Source: Pseudomonas phage PSASB_03
Reading direction: 5' to 3' (one strand)
Length of the DNA stretch: 32,000 nucleotides
Sequence record: PQ621116.1
Shown: one piece after another, positions 9,262 through 17,954 of the stretch
Layout: each line of letters starts with the position of its first letter
How positions within the stretch are numbered: position 1 is the first letter of the stretch
Made by a program: the position numbers and the translations under genes
The notes under the pieces: model-generated
What the model was told of the DNA's origin: nothing
What the model saw: the letters and a program-made list of their open reading frames with translations, nothing else
The model's database searches: none

Positions 9262-10233
9262 ATGGCACTCTCGGATCTGGCGGTATTCTCCGAATACGCC
9301 TACTCGACCATGACCGAAATGCAGGACCAGCAGATCGGTCTCTTCAACGCAGCCACCCGCGGCGGCCTCGTGCTGCAGTCGGGCAACCATCAAGGCGACT
9401 ACTCTGACGAGGCCATGTGGGCCAAGATCAGCGGTCTGGTCCGTCGCCGCAACGCCTACGGCTCCGGTGCCGTGGCCGAGAAGGTGCTGGAACACCTGAC
9501 CGAGACCTCGGTCAAGGTGGCCGCTGGCACCCCGCCGGTCCGCATCGACCCGGGCATGATGAAGTGGATTCAGCGCAGCCCGGAAGAAGCCGGCGTCGTG
9601 GTGGGCAAGCAGATGGCGGAAGACTCCATCGCCGACATGCTCAACGCCGCGGTGATGTGCTACGCCGCCGCTGTGGGCCAGGTGGCCAACGTGGTCTATG
9701 ACCACAGTGGTACCGGCACCATGTCGCTGATCGCGCTGAACAAGGGCGCGGCCAAGTTCGGGGACCGTGCTGGTGCGCTGGTCGCTTGGGTCATGCACTC
9801 CAAGTCGGCCTTCGACATCTACGGCGAAGCCCTGACCAACGCCACCCGCCTGTTCGTGTTCGGTAACGTGCGCGTCATCGAGGACGGCTTCGGTCGCCCC
9901 CTTGTGGTCACCGACAGCCCGAACCTCGTCCTCCCGGACGCTGGCGGCGTTGGCGTGGACCACTACCAGGCGCTCGGTCTGACCCCCGGCGCGGTGCTGG
10001 TCTCCCAGAACGGGGACTTCACCGACAACGTGGAGACCAAGAACGGCGACGAGAACATCATCCGCACCTACCAGGCGGAATGGTCGTACAACGTCGGCGT
10101 GCAGGGCTTCGCGTGGGACAAGACCAACGGCGGCAAGTCCCCGACCAACGCAGCGCTGGGTACTGCGACCAACTGGGACCGCTACGCCACGTCCGACAAG
10201 GACCTGGCCGGCGTCCTCGTCAAGGCGCAGTAA
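9262..10233 (+). CDS. major capsid protein
   Basis: Follows scaffold gene; 323 aa, typical MCP composition and position; terminator follows. Confidence 0.85.
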   Translation: MALSDLAVFSEYAYSTMTEMQDQQIGLFNAATRGGLVLQSGNHQGDYSDEAMWAKISGLVRRRNAYGSGAVAEKVLEHLTETSVKVAAGTPPVRIDPGMMKWIQRSPEEAGVVVGKQMAEDSIADMLNAAVMCYAAAVGQVANVVYDHSGTGTMSLIALNKGAAKFGDRAGALVAWVMHSKSAFDIYGEALTNATRLFVFGNVRVIEDGFGRPLVVTDSPNLVLPDAGGVGVDHYQALGLTPGAVLVSQNGDFTDNVETKNGDENIIRTYQAEWSYNVGVQGFAWDKTNGGKSPTNAALGTATNWDRYATSDKDLAGVLVKAQ

Positions 10234-10242
10234 GCTGAACGG

Positions 10243-10262
10243 ACGGGGGCTTCGGCCCCCGT
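10243..10262 (+). terminator. hairpin terminator after major capsid gene
   Basis: ACGGGGGC-TTCG-GCCCCCGT perfect stem with UUCG tetraloop; weak downstream T tract, so may be leaky. Confidence 0.65.
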
Positions 10263-10288
10263 TCCTCTAATCCACCAGGAGAACGAAC

Positions 10289-10615
10289 ATGTCGAAGAAA
10301 GTGATCCTGTTCTTCATCGCCGGGATGGTTCCCACCGATGCTGAACGCGAAGCTGCTGAGAAGCTGGGGACTGCCCGCTTCCGCAACGCCCGTCTGGCCA
10401 AGAACGACACCGTCGAGAAGTGCGACGAAGTCGCTGGGCTGGTCCCGGAAATCTACAAGAACGTGAAGGGCATCAAGGTCCTGGACGTGAAGGCGGAAGA
10501 GCCGAAGAAGGAAACGGCCCCCGCGGCCCCGGTGGCACCCTCGCCACAGGCCCCGGCCGCCCCGGCACAACCCAAGCCCGCGGCCCCGGCCCCGGCCCCC
10601 GCCACGAAGAAGTAA
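10289..10615 (+). CDS. hypothetical head-region protein with Ala/Pro-rich C-terminus
   Basis: ORF after MCP; C-terminus APAAPVAPSPQAPAAPAQPKPAAPAPAPATKK. Confidence 0.6.
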   Translation: MSKKVILFFIAGMVPTDAEREAAEKLGTARFRNARLAKNDTVEKCDEVAGLVPEIYKNVKGIKVLDVKAEEPKKETAPAAPVAPSPQAPAAPAQPKPAAPAPAPATKK

Positions 10616-10626
10616 GGTAGCCCACC

Positions 10627-11127
10627 ATGGCCCTGACTATCGAGGACGGCTCCGGGGTAGCCGGGGCCAACAGCTACATCGACGTGGCGGCAGCCCGCAC
10701 CTACGCGGCCGCGCGGGGTCTTACCCTGCCGGCTGCGGATGGTGACGTCGAAGCCCTGCTTATCAAGTCGATGGACTTCATTGAAGCCTATCGAGGAGAC
10801 TTCCAAGGTCTCAAGACCGCCGCAACCAATCCCCTGCAGTGGCCCCGCACCGGGGTCACCCTCGACGGCTACCCGCTGGCCGAGGACGCCATCCCGCAGG
10901 TCCTCAAGGACGCACAGGCCCAGCTGGCCGTTGATGCCCAGAACGCTGACCTGATGCCCACCGGTACTGGCCGCGAGGTCGTCATGGAACGGGTGGATGT
11001 GGTCCAGGTCCAGTATGCGGAATCTGGCAACACCAATCCGCAGCCGATCTTCACCAAGGCAGAAGCCCTGCTGAAGCCCCTCTTCAAGAGCGGCCTCTTC
11101 GGCAGCCTGCGGAGCCTCCGGGTATGA
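10627..11127 (+). CDS. head-tail connector/adaptor (DnaT-like family)
   Basis: SYIDVAAARTYAAARG...LIKSMDFIEAYRGDFQG...LQWPR pattern and position. Confidence 0.7.
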   Translation: MALTIEDGSGVAGANSYIDVAAARTYAAARGLTLPAADGDVEALLIKSMDFIEAYRGDFQGLKTAATNPLQWPRTGVTLDGYPLAEDAIPQVLKDAQAQLAVDAQNADLMPTGTGREVVMERVDVVQVQYAESGNTNPQPIFTKAEALLKPLFKSGLFGSLRSLRV

Positions 11128-11480
11128 CCTTCTACAGCGGCTTGGCGGCCACCGCCACCAAACTGCTGACCGACAAGGGCCAGCAGATGACCATCCGGCG
11201 CAAGGGCGTTACGTCCAGCGACCCGGCTGCTGGCACCGTGACCGAGCTGCCCCCTGTGGACTACACCGTCAACGGGGTGCTGCTCGGCTACAAGGATTTC
11301 CTCGCGACCACCGACCTGATCCAGCGCGGTGACCGCAAGGCCCTGATTGAGGCCGGGGTGGTAACCCCGACGAAGGAAGACCAACTCATCGCCGACGGTC
11401 GGGCCTGGACGATCATAGACGTGGAGGCGGTCAACCCAGCCGGCACCCCGGTCCTCTTCAAGCTGCAGGTGCGGTCATGA
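11124..11480 (+). CDS. head closure / neck protein
   Basis: Position and size; ATGA overlap with neighbours. Confidence 0.6.
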   Translation: MTFYSGLAATATKLLTDKGQQMTIRRKGVTSSDPAAGTVTELPPVDYTVNGVLLGYKDFLATTDLIQRGDRKALIEAGVVTPTKEDQLIADGRAWTIIDVEAVNPAGTPVLFKLQVRS

Positions 11481-11875
11481 GCTTCTCTGCTGACCTGCGC
11501 CGCTTCAACCGGAAGACCAAGGATAGCTTGGACCGCACCCGGCGCATCGTCATCATCAAGCTGTTCTCCGCGGTCATCAAGGACACCCCGGTCCTATCCG
11601 GGCGCCTCCGCGGGAACTGGCAGACCACTATCAATTCCCCGGCTACCGGCGTCATCGGTATCCGGGATGAAGCCGCGGCCATCGCCGAGGTGCAGCGCAT
11701 GGCAGCTCAGAGCAAAGGCTCTGACGTCGTGATCCTCCGGAACAACCTGCCCTACGCCTACCGTATCGAGTTCGACGGTTGGTCCAAGGTCAAGGCCCCG
11801 CAGGGCATGATGCGGCGCAACGTCGCCCGCTTCCAGCGCCTCCTCAGTGAAGCTGTAAGGGAGGGCCGACTGTGA
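11477..11875 (+). CDS. HK97 gp10-like neck protein
   Basis: DTPVLSGRLRGNW motif and C-terminal RNVARFQRLLSEAV. Confidence 0.7.
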   Translation: MSFSADLRRFNRKTKDSLDRTRRIVIIKLFSAVIKDTPVLSGRLRGNWQTTINSPATGVIGIRDEAAAIAEVQRMAAQSKGSDVVILRNNLPYAYRIEFDGWSKVKAPQGMMRRNVARFQRLLSEAVREGRL

Positions 11876-12279
11876 GCCTCGACAATGTCCAGCGCGCCAT
11901 CATCGGGGCGGTGTCCACAAGCCTCGGGGCCATCCCGGCAGCCTACGAGAACGAGAAGTTCACGAAGCCGTCGGACGCCAAGTGGGCCGAGGTCTTTTTC
12001 ATGCCCAACGACCCGTCGGTGGAGACCCTCGGGGCGGAAGGCCAGGACCTGACGGATGGCATCGTACAGATCAATTTGAACTACCCGGTCGGGACGGGCG
12101 GCGCTGCCGCAAGATCCGATTTTGAAAACATCCGTGCCTCCTTTCCAGCCGGGGCTCGGCCGGCCTATAATGGCCAGGAAGCTGTCATCCTGAGCTGCGG
12201 GCGTTCTCCCGGACGGGTGGTAGACGGCTGGTATAGGGTGAGCATCACCATCAGCTGGTACGCTCTCATTCCGCGTTAA
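11872..12279 (+). CDS. tail terminator/completion protein
   Basis: Position between gp10-like and major tail protein; size. Confidence 0.65.
   Translation: MSLDNVQRAIIGAVSTSLGAIPAAYENEKFTKPSDAKWAEVFFMPNDPSVETLGAEGQDLTDGIVQINLNYPVGTGGAAARSDFENIRASFPAGARPAYNGQEAVILSCGRSPGRVVDGWYRVSITISWYALIPR
12142..12171 (+). promoter_or_regulatory. putative internal promoter TTTCCA-18 bp-TATAAT, upstream of major tail gene
   Basis: -35 at 12142-12147, -10 at 12166-12171, within the tail-terminator ORF. Confidence 0.35.
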
Positions 12280-12295
12280 CCTGGAGGATACGAAA

Positions 12296-13234
12296 ATGGC
12301 AGACGGCAGCCGTCACAGCATGCGATTCGTCCTGGAGTCCACCTACGGGGTGACTCCGGCAACCCCGGTGTTCGACATCGTTCGACACACCGGCACTACC
12401 TTGGGCCTCTCGAAAGAAGCCCTGCAGTCGGAGGAGATCCGGGATGACCGGCAGATCGCCGACTTCCGCCACGGCGCTCGCCAGGTCGGCGGGGATATCA
12501 GCATCGAACTGAGCTACGGCTCGTTCGACAAGATCCTCGAAGCCCTGCTGGGCGGTACTTGGGTGGCCGACACCCCGGCGCTGGGCACCGACCAGCTGAA
12601 GGCCGGCACCACCCGCCGTTCCTTCACCGTGGAACGCTACTTCGGTGACATCCTCACCGCGGACAAGCCCTTCCACCGCTTCACCGGGGTCGAGTTCAAC
12701 ACCCTGCAGCTGCAGATCAATGCCAACGCGATGATCACCGGCACCATCGGGGTGGTCGGCAAGGACATGGTGACGGACACCGTGATCGTCACCGGGGCGA
12801 CCTACAACCCCGCGACCACGACCTCTCCGCTGGACTCCTTCACCGGTACCCTGAACGAGAACGGGACCCCGATCGCGGTCATCACCGAGATCCAGCTGAA
12901 CCTGGACAACGGCCTCGACCCGCGCTTCGTGGTTGGTTCGAAGACCACCCTGCGCCCGTCCATCGGCCGCTCCAATGTCTCCGGCCAGATCACGGCATAC
13001 TTCGAGAACAGCCTGCTGCTCGAGAAGTTCATCAACGAGACCGAATCGGACATCGAGTTCAACTTGCCCGACGGCGCAGGCAACAACCTGAAGGTCATCC
13101 TGCCGCGGATCAAGTACAACGGCGGCCAGCCGGACGTGCAGGGCGAGGGTCCCATCACCCTGTCCATGCCGTTCCAGGCCCTGCTGGACTCGACCACGAA
13201 CACCAACATCATCATCGAGCGGACTCCGGCATAA
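12296..13234 (+). CDS. major tail (tube) protein
   Basis: ESTYGVTPATP start, size and position upstream of chaperone genes. Confidence 0.8.
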   Translation: MADGSRHSMRFVLESTYGVTPATPVFDIVRHTGTTLGLSKEALQSEEIRDDRQIADFRHGARQVGGDISIELSYGSFDKILEALLGGTWVADTPALGTDQLKAGTTRRSFTVERYFGDILTADKPFHRFTGVEFNTLQLQINANAMITGTIGVVGKDMVTDTVIVTGATYNPATTTSPLDSFTGTLNENGTPIAVITEIQLNLDNGLDPRFVVGSKTTLRPSIGRSNVSGQITAYFENSLLLEKFINETESDIEFNLPDGAGNNLKVILPRIKYNGGQPDVQGEGPITLSMPFQALLDSTTNTNIIIERTPA

Positions 13235-13710
13235 TGGACAAGAACAACACCGGCCTCGGCATGGAGGCCTTCTTCACTCGGGAGCGGGCGAACGAGGGGG
13301 TGGAAGTCCCCCTCTACACCCCGGACGGTACCAAGAGCCAGCACTGGATTCGCATCCGCGGCGTCGACTCGGACGCCTTCCGCGAGGCCGAGGCCAACAG
13401 CAAGCGCGACGCCTTCCGTGTGGCCAGCATCGAGGACACCGTGGAGCGGGCCAAGGCCATCCAGGACGCCAAGCTCAACCTGATCGCAGCGCTGGTCATC
13501 AGCTGGTCCTTCGAGAAGGAGTGCACCCCTGAAAACGTCAAGGAGTTCTTCCGACAGGCCCCCCAGATTGCCGATGCCGTGGATCAGGTGGCGAGTAAGC
13601 GCGCCCTTTTTTTCGCGAAAAGGTCGAGCAGCTCGGTAAGCACGCCGAAGCCGAGTTCCGGCTCGACCAGAAGCCGAAAGGGTCAAAGCAAACCCTCCGG
13701 GAAAGCCTGA
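13234..13710 (+). CDS. tail assembly chaperone, short form (gpG-like)
   Basis: Zero-frame ORF upstream of tape measure; contains slippery T TTT TTC at 13608-13614. Confidence 0.8.
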   Translation: MDKNNTGLGMEAFFTRERANEGVEVPLYTPDGTKSQHWIRIRGVDSDAFREAEANSKRDAFRVASIEDTVERAKAIQDAKLNLIAALVISWSFEKECTPENVKEFFRQAPQIADAVDQVASKRALFFAKRSSSSVSTPKPSSGSTRSRKGQSKPSGKA

Positions 13711-13952
13711 TCCAAGTTTGGAAGACGCTGGGACGGAAGCCGAAGCAACTCGCCGAGGTCCCAGCCCTTCCACAGGAGCTCGAATATGTATGGGAGTGGT
13801 ATCGCGAGGTGTGTACGGGGGAGCCCCTGACCTATACCGAGCTGCACCACTGGTCGATGGTTACCGGCAAACGCCTTCAGGGATGGGAGGCGGAGCTGAT
13901 ACGGTCGCTGGACCGCATCTTCTGGAAGGTGCAGAATGAACGATACCGCTAG
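13234..13952 (+). CDS. tail assembly chaperone, -1 frameshift extended form (gpGT-like); join 13234..13614,13614..13952
   Basis: After slip, -1 frame is open and reads REKVEQLGKHAEAEFRLDQ...LPQELEYVWEWYREVCTGEPLTYTELHHWSMVTGKRLQGWEAELIRSLDRIFWKVQNERYR to TAG at 13950-13952; absent from the supplied ORF track. Confidence 0.85.
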
Positions 13953-16404
13953 CCTTGAGATCCGGGTCCTATCAGACCAAGTCGATGCCGCCAACCGGCG
14001 CCTTGACAATCTCGAGAAGAAAGGTGCCCGCGCCGAGCGGGCCACCGACGGGCTGACCGGGGCCTTCACCCGCCTCGCTGGCCCCCTCCTCGCCGCTGTC
14101 TCCGCCACAGCCGCCCTCTCCAAGCTGGTCGATGTCTCCCGGGAGTTCGACAAGCTCAACGCCGGCCTGATCACGGCTACTGGCTCTGCCGAGGGGGCGC
14201 AGGTCGCCTTCGAAGCGATCCAGGACTTCGCTACCAACACCCCGTATGACCTGGCTCAGGTCACGGAGTCCTTCACCAAGCTGGTCAACTATGGCCTGAC
14301 CCCGTCCGAGCGAGCCCTCACGTCCTACGGCAACACCGCCTCGGCGCTGGGCAAGGACCTCAACCAGATGATCGAAGCGGTGGCCGATGCGGCTACCGGC
14401 GAGTTCGAACGGTTGAAGGAGTTCGGCATCCGTGCCAGCGCTGAAGGAGACCGGGTCAAGTTCACCTTCCGAGGGGTGTCCACAGAGGTCGGGAAGAACG
14501 CCGCTGAGATCGAGAATTACCTGATCCAGCTTGGCGAGAACAACTTCGGCGACGCGATGGCTAACCGGATGGACACCCTCGATGGTGCCCTGTCCAACCT
14601 GGCCGACGAGTGGGACAAGCTGTTCCTGAACGTCTCCCAGCAGGGGATCGGCGACGTCATCGAAGACTCCGTGCGCCTCGCGATCGATGTGCTGGCCGAG
14701 CTGAATGCCATGCTGGCCTCCGGGGAGCTGGAGGGCTATCTCCAAGCGATCATGACCCAGTTCCAAGGCTGGGGGGATGACATCGTCCGGACGGTTGACA
14801 TCGTCAGCCAGTTCATTCAGGACACCTTCGGGGACTGGAAGGACGAGGGCGAAGGGGTGGTCAAGTTCCTGATTGACGCCTTCAAGAACCTGCCGGCCAA
14901 CCTGCGGGCCATCGTCCAGATCATGGTGGTGGAGTTCGCCTCTGGTCTTGACCGGATGAAGGCGGGGGCCGAGTTCTGGAAGGATGCTGTCACCGCGATC
15001 TTCACGGACGATACCATCTCTGCCTCATTCACCCGCTACACCCAGCGGATGGAGGCCATTCAGTCCGCCCGGTTGGATTCCATCGCTGCTGCCCTGCAGG
15101 AGCGTGATACCACCGTACAGGCCACTGAGGACCAGATCGCTGCGGCTCGTAAGCTTCGCGAGGAGTATGACCGCAACCAGGCCGCCCGCCGCGCCCAGAC
15201 GGGGGACCGCCTTGCTGGCTTCCGCCAGTCGGGCGGCGGTGAGGGGGCCTCCGGGTCTGTGGACAAGGCGGCCGCCGCCGCAGCCAAGAAGCGCCAAGAC
15301 GAGTTCCAGCGCCTCGTGGAATCCCTGCGCACCGAGGAGGAGGCCATCCGGGCGTCCTACGAGAAGCGCAAGCAGATCATCGAACAGAACACCGCCGCAG
15401 GCTCTGGGCAGCGGGCGGACCTCATGGCTCGACTGGATTCCGAGTACGCCGAGGAGCTGGCCAAGCTCCAGGAGGCCAAGGGCCGCGAGCTGGAGGAGGT
15501 CCGGCGCTCCCTGCTGTCCGAAGAAGAAGCCATCAAGGAGAGCTACGATCGGCGCCTGCAGATCGTTCTGGACAACACCGCGGAAGGCTCCGCTGCCCGT
15601 GAGGAGCTGGCCGCCAAGCTGCAGATGGAGTACGATGACCAGCTGAAGCAGCTGGAGGAAGCCAAGCAGCGCGAGCGGGACAGCCTCTACAACGGCCTGC
15701 TGACCGAGGAGGAGATGATCCTCCAATCCTACGAGCGCCGTAAGCAGGCTATCCTGGAGAGCACCGCGGTCACCGAGACCGAGCGGCTGGAGCTGATGAA
15801 GCGGCTGGAGGAGCAGTACTCCAACGAGATGGCTGCCCTCGAACAGAAGCGCCTGCAGACCCAGCTGGCCTCCGCCTCCGCCTTGTTTGATGGGCTGGCC
15901 GGACTGGCCAAGTCCTACGCCGGGGAGCAGTCCCAAGCCTACCGGGTGCTGTTCGCTATCAGCAAGGCCTTCTCCGTCGCGCAGGCGGCGATGTCGATTG
16001 CCACAGGCTTGGCCAAGGCACAGGAGCTGGGTTTCCCGGCCAACCTGGCGGAGATGGCGCGCGTCGCAGCCACCGGGGCCTCCATCATCTCCCAGATCAA
16101 CGGGGCTAACTTCGCCGGGGCCTACGACAAGGGCGGCAACATCCCGGCAGGTAAGATCGGGCTGGTCGGAGAATATGGCCCCGAGCTGATCGAAGGCCCT
16201 GCCAAGGTGACGTCCCGGGCCGAAACGGCTAAAATGCTCAAGGGCGGAGGCGAAGGCGCCGCCCCGGCCGCGCCGCCTGTGGTCAACGTCCGCAACATCA
16301 ACGTGCTGGACCCGGCCGTCGTGGGGGATTACCTTGGGTCGGATGAAGGCGAGCAGATGATCATGAACGTGGTTCAGCGCAATCAGCGCGCGCTGGGCTT
16401 CTAA
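13936..16404 (+). CDS. tail tape measure protein
   Basis: 822 aa, N-terminal DQVDAANRRLDNLEKKG...FTRLAGPLLAA...ATGSAEGAQVAFEAIQDFA pattern, central coiled coils, position after chaperones. Confidence 0.9.
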   Translation: MNDTASLEIRVLSDQVDAANRRLDNLEKKGARAERATDGLTGAFTRLAGPLLAAVSATAALSKLVDVSREFDKLNAGLITATGSAEGAQVAFEAIQDFATNTPYDLAQVTESFTKLVNYGLTPSERALTSYGNTASALGKDLNQMIEAVADAATGEFERLKEFGIRASAEGDRVKFTFRGVSTEVGKNAAEIENYLIQLGENNFGDAMANRMDTLDGALSNLADEWDKLFLNVSQQGIGDVIEDSVRLAIDVLAELNAMLASGELEGYLQAIMTQFQGWGDDIVRTVDIVSQFIQDTFGDWKDEGEGVVKFLIDAFKNLPANLRAIVQIMVVEFASGLDRMKAGAEFWKDAVTAIFTDDTISASFTRYTQRMEAIQSARLDSIAAALQERDTTVQATEDQIAAARKLREEYDRNQAARRAQTGDRLAGFRQSGGGEGASGSVDKAAAAAAKKRQDEFQRLVESLRTEEEAIRASYEKRKQIIEQNTAAGSGQRADLMARLDSEYAEELAKLQEAKGRELEEVRRSLLSEEEAIKESYDRRLQIVLDNTAEGSAAREELAAKLQMEYDDQLKQLEEAKQRERDSLYNGLLTEEEMILQSYERRKQAILESTAVTETERLELMKRLEEQYSNEMAALEQKRLQTQLASASALFDGLAGLAKSYAGEQSQAYRVLFAISKAFSVAQAAMSIATGLAKAQELGFPANLAEMARVAATGASIISQINGANFAGAYDKGGNIPAGKIGLVGEYGPELIEGPAKVTSRAETAKMLKGGGEGAAPAAPPVVNVRNINVLDPAVVGDYLGSDEGEQMIMNVVQRNQRALGF
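15331..15860 (+). repeat. three in-frame tandem coiled-coil repeats, 186-nt (62-codon) period, in tape measure gene
   Basis: Units begin TEEEAIRASYEKRKQII (15331), SEEEAIKESYDRRLQIV (15517), TEEEMILQSYERRKQAI (15703). Confidence 0.8.
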
Positions 16405-16413
16405 GGAGTAACC

Positions 16414-17943
16414 ATGGCGAACGAAGTCGGTACCGCAAACAACCTCGAGGATTTGTTCGGGAAGATCATCTCCTTCCTGACGACCAACGCCACGCTTGTA
16501 GCGGCGAACCAAGACTGGGAGGTTCTCCGGCTTCGCCGGGATAATCTGCTTTCCCATACCTCGAACCTCAATGGGCCGTCGAGCGGGGCCAACTCCCGCT
16601 ACATGCGGCACACCTTCCGCTACGATCCACGGAGTATCAACACCAACAACCCGATGGCAAATGGCTGGGAGGGCCACTTCTACGCGAATAACTGGTCCGC
16701 TGGAGTCAGCCACAACACCTGGCGCCTTCGACAAGCCCGAGAAGTGAAGACTGTCCGGATTAAGGCGGCCGTTGGTACCTCCTATGTGAATGCGGCCCCG
16801 AAGTCTTTCCGTCTTCAATACTCAGACGATAACAGCTCCTGGACCACAGCCCTCACCGTGACCGACACCGCCGTCTTTGTCCTCGGGGAGACCCGGGACT
16901 TCGCTGTGCCGGGGACTCCTGGAGCCCACGAGTATTGGCGTATCCTTTGGGACAAGACACAGAGTAGCACCACTACCGGTAATATTGCTTGGACGGAGCT
17001 GCTCCTGCTCCAAGCCGACGAGACGGTTGCCAATCACTTCGGAAGTGAGGCCATCCTGAAGGCGCCTGGAAACTCCGGCACAGAGGCTATTTACACAGGT
17101 ATTCGTTCCGAGTACGATGCTGCTGCGGGTTGGTACAACCTATTCTTGAATGGCTACACGGGGTATGATCCGAACGTCCAGTCATGGTTTTTGCAACCGG
17201 GGGCTATCCCCGGCTATGGCGCCACCTTCACCAAGGCTAACCCGATGGTGCCTTGCTGGGATGCCGCGATGCCCTACTGGTTTAGCGCCTCTGGTCGGTC
17301 CTTTCGCTTCGGAGTCAAGGTGTCCACCAACTACGAGGGTGGCTACCTTGGCTTCATCCTCCCTTACGCAACGCCGGGGCAGTACCCTTATCCGCTCGCC
17401 GTGGGTGGGTCTCTAGTCCCAAACGAAGGCAACCGCTCGGCTAACTGGCGCTACTCCTTCGCCTCTTACGAGCATGGTGTGTTCCCCGGGCCGGGGGCGA
17501 ACTCCGGTTCGGAGACGGAGAGCGTCTGGGCGACGATGTATGTTCGCGATCCGGGTGGGGACTGGAGGCATTTCGCCAACCGACCGAATCGCAACGGTAG
17601 CGCCATTGATGGTATCCAAGGTTACTCATTCCAGTACTCTCTCCCGTTCGCGGTAACCGGCGGGAACCGGTCTGTCTGGCCTCACTGCGAGAATGAGAAG
17701 TGGACCTCCGGACGACGCCCGTACCGGGAGTGCCTCGGTGGGGGCTACATTATGCAGCCATGCGTGCTACTCCAGCGCAGCCCCTCGTGGATGGTTTTCG
17801 GCGAGCTGGAGGGGGTCTACGCCATCAGTGGTTACCAGAACAGCGCCGAGAATACCACCACCTACAACGGGAAGACCCACGTGATCTTCCAGAACGCTTA
17901 CCGCAACACCGTCCACGAGTTCTGGGCGATGTCGCTTGACTAA
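16414..17943 (+). CDS. phage tail-associated structural protein
   Basis: Between TMP and distal tail genes; SFRLQYSDDNSSWTTA segment resembles discoidin/carbohydrate-binding-like folds. Confidence 0.6.
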   Translation: MANEVGTANNLEDLFGKIISFLTTNATLVAANQDWEVLRLRRDNLLSHTSNLNGPSSGANSRYMRHTFRYDPRSINTNNPMANGWEGHFYANNWSAGVSHNTWRLRQAREVKTVRIKAAVGTSYVNAAPKSFRLQYSDDNSSWTTALTVTDTAVFVLGETRDFAVPGTPGAHEYWRILWDKTQSSTTTGNIAWTELLLLQADETVANHFGSEAILKAPGNSGTEAIYTGIRSEYDAAAGWYNLFLNGYTGYDPNVQSWFLQPGAIPGYGATFTKANPMVPCWDAAMPYWFSASGRSFRFGVKVSTNYEGGYLGFILPYATPGQYPYPLAVGGSLVPNEGNRSANWRYSFASYEHGVFPGPGANSGSETESVWATMYVRDPGGDWRHFANRPNRNGSAIDGIQGYSFQYSLPFAVTGGNRSVWPHCENEKWTSGRRPYRECLGGGYIMQPCVLLQRSPSWMVFGELEGVYAISGYQNSAENTTTYNGKTHVIFQNAYRNTVHEFWAMSLD

Positions 17944-17954
17944 GGGGATAGACC

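Noticed and set aside
12802-13773. 323-aa antisense ORF over the major tail and chaperone genes
   Set aside because: Opposite two supported structural genes, including the frameshift site; no domain seen.
13718-13939. Plus-strand ORF MEDAGTEAEATRRG...
   Set aside because: It is in the third frame; the frame matching tail chaperone T-domain features is the -1 frame reached by slippage at 13608-13614.
15025-16818. 597-aa antisense ORF opposite the tape measure gene
   Set aside because: Lies opposite a well-supported gene; composition (Gly/Leu/His/Val-rich) matches the complement of high-GC codon-biased coding sequence; no recognisable motif.
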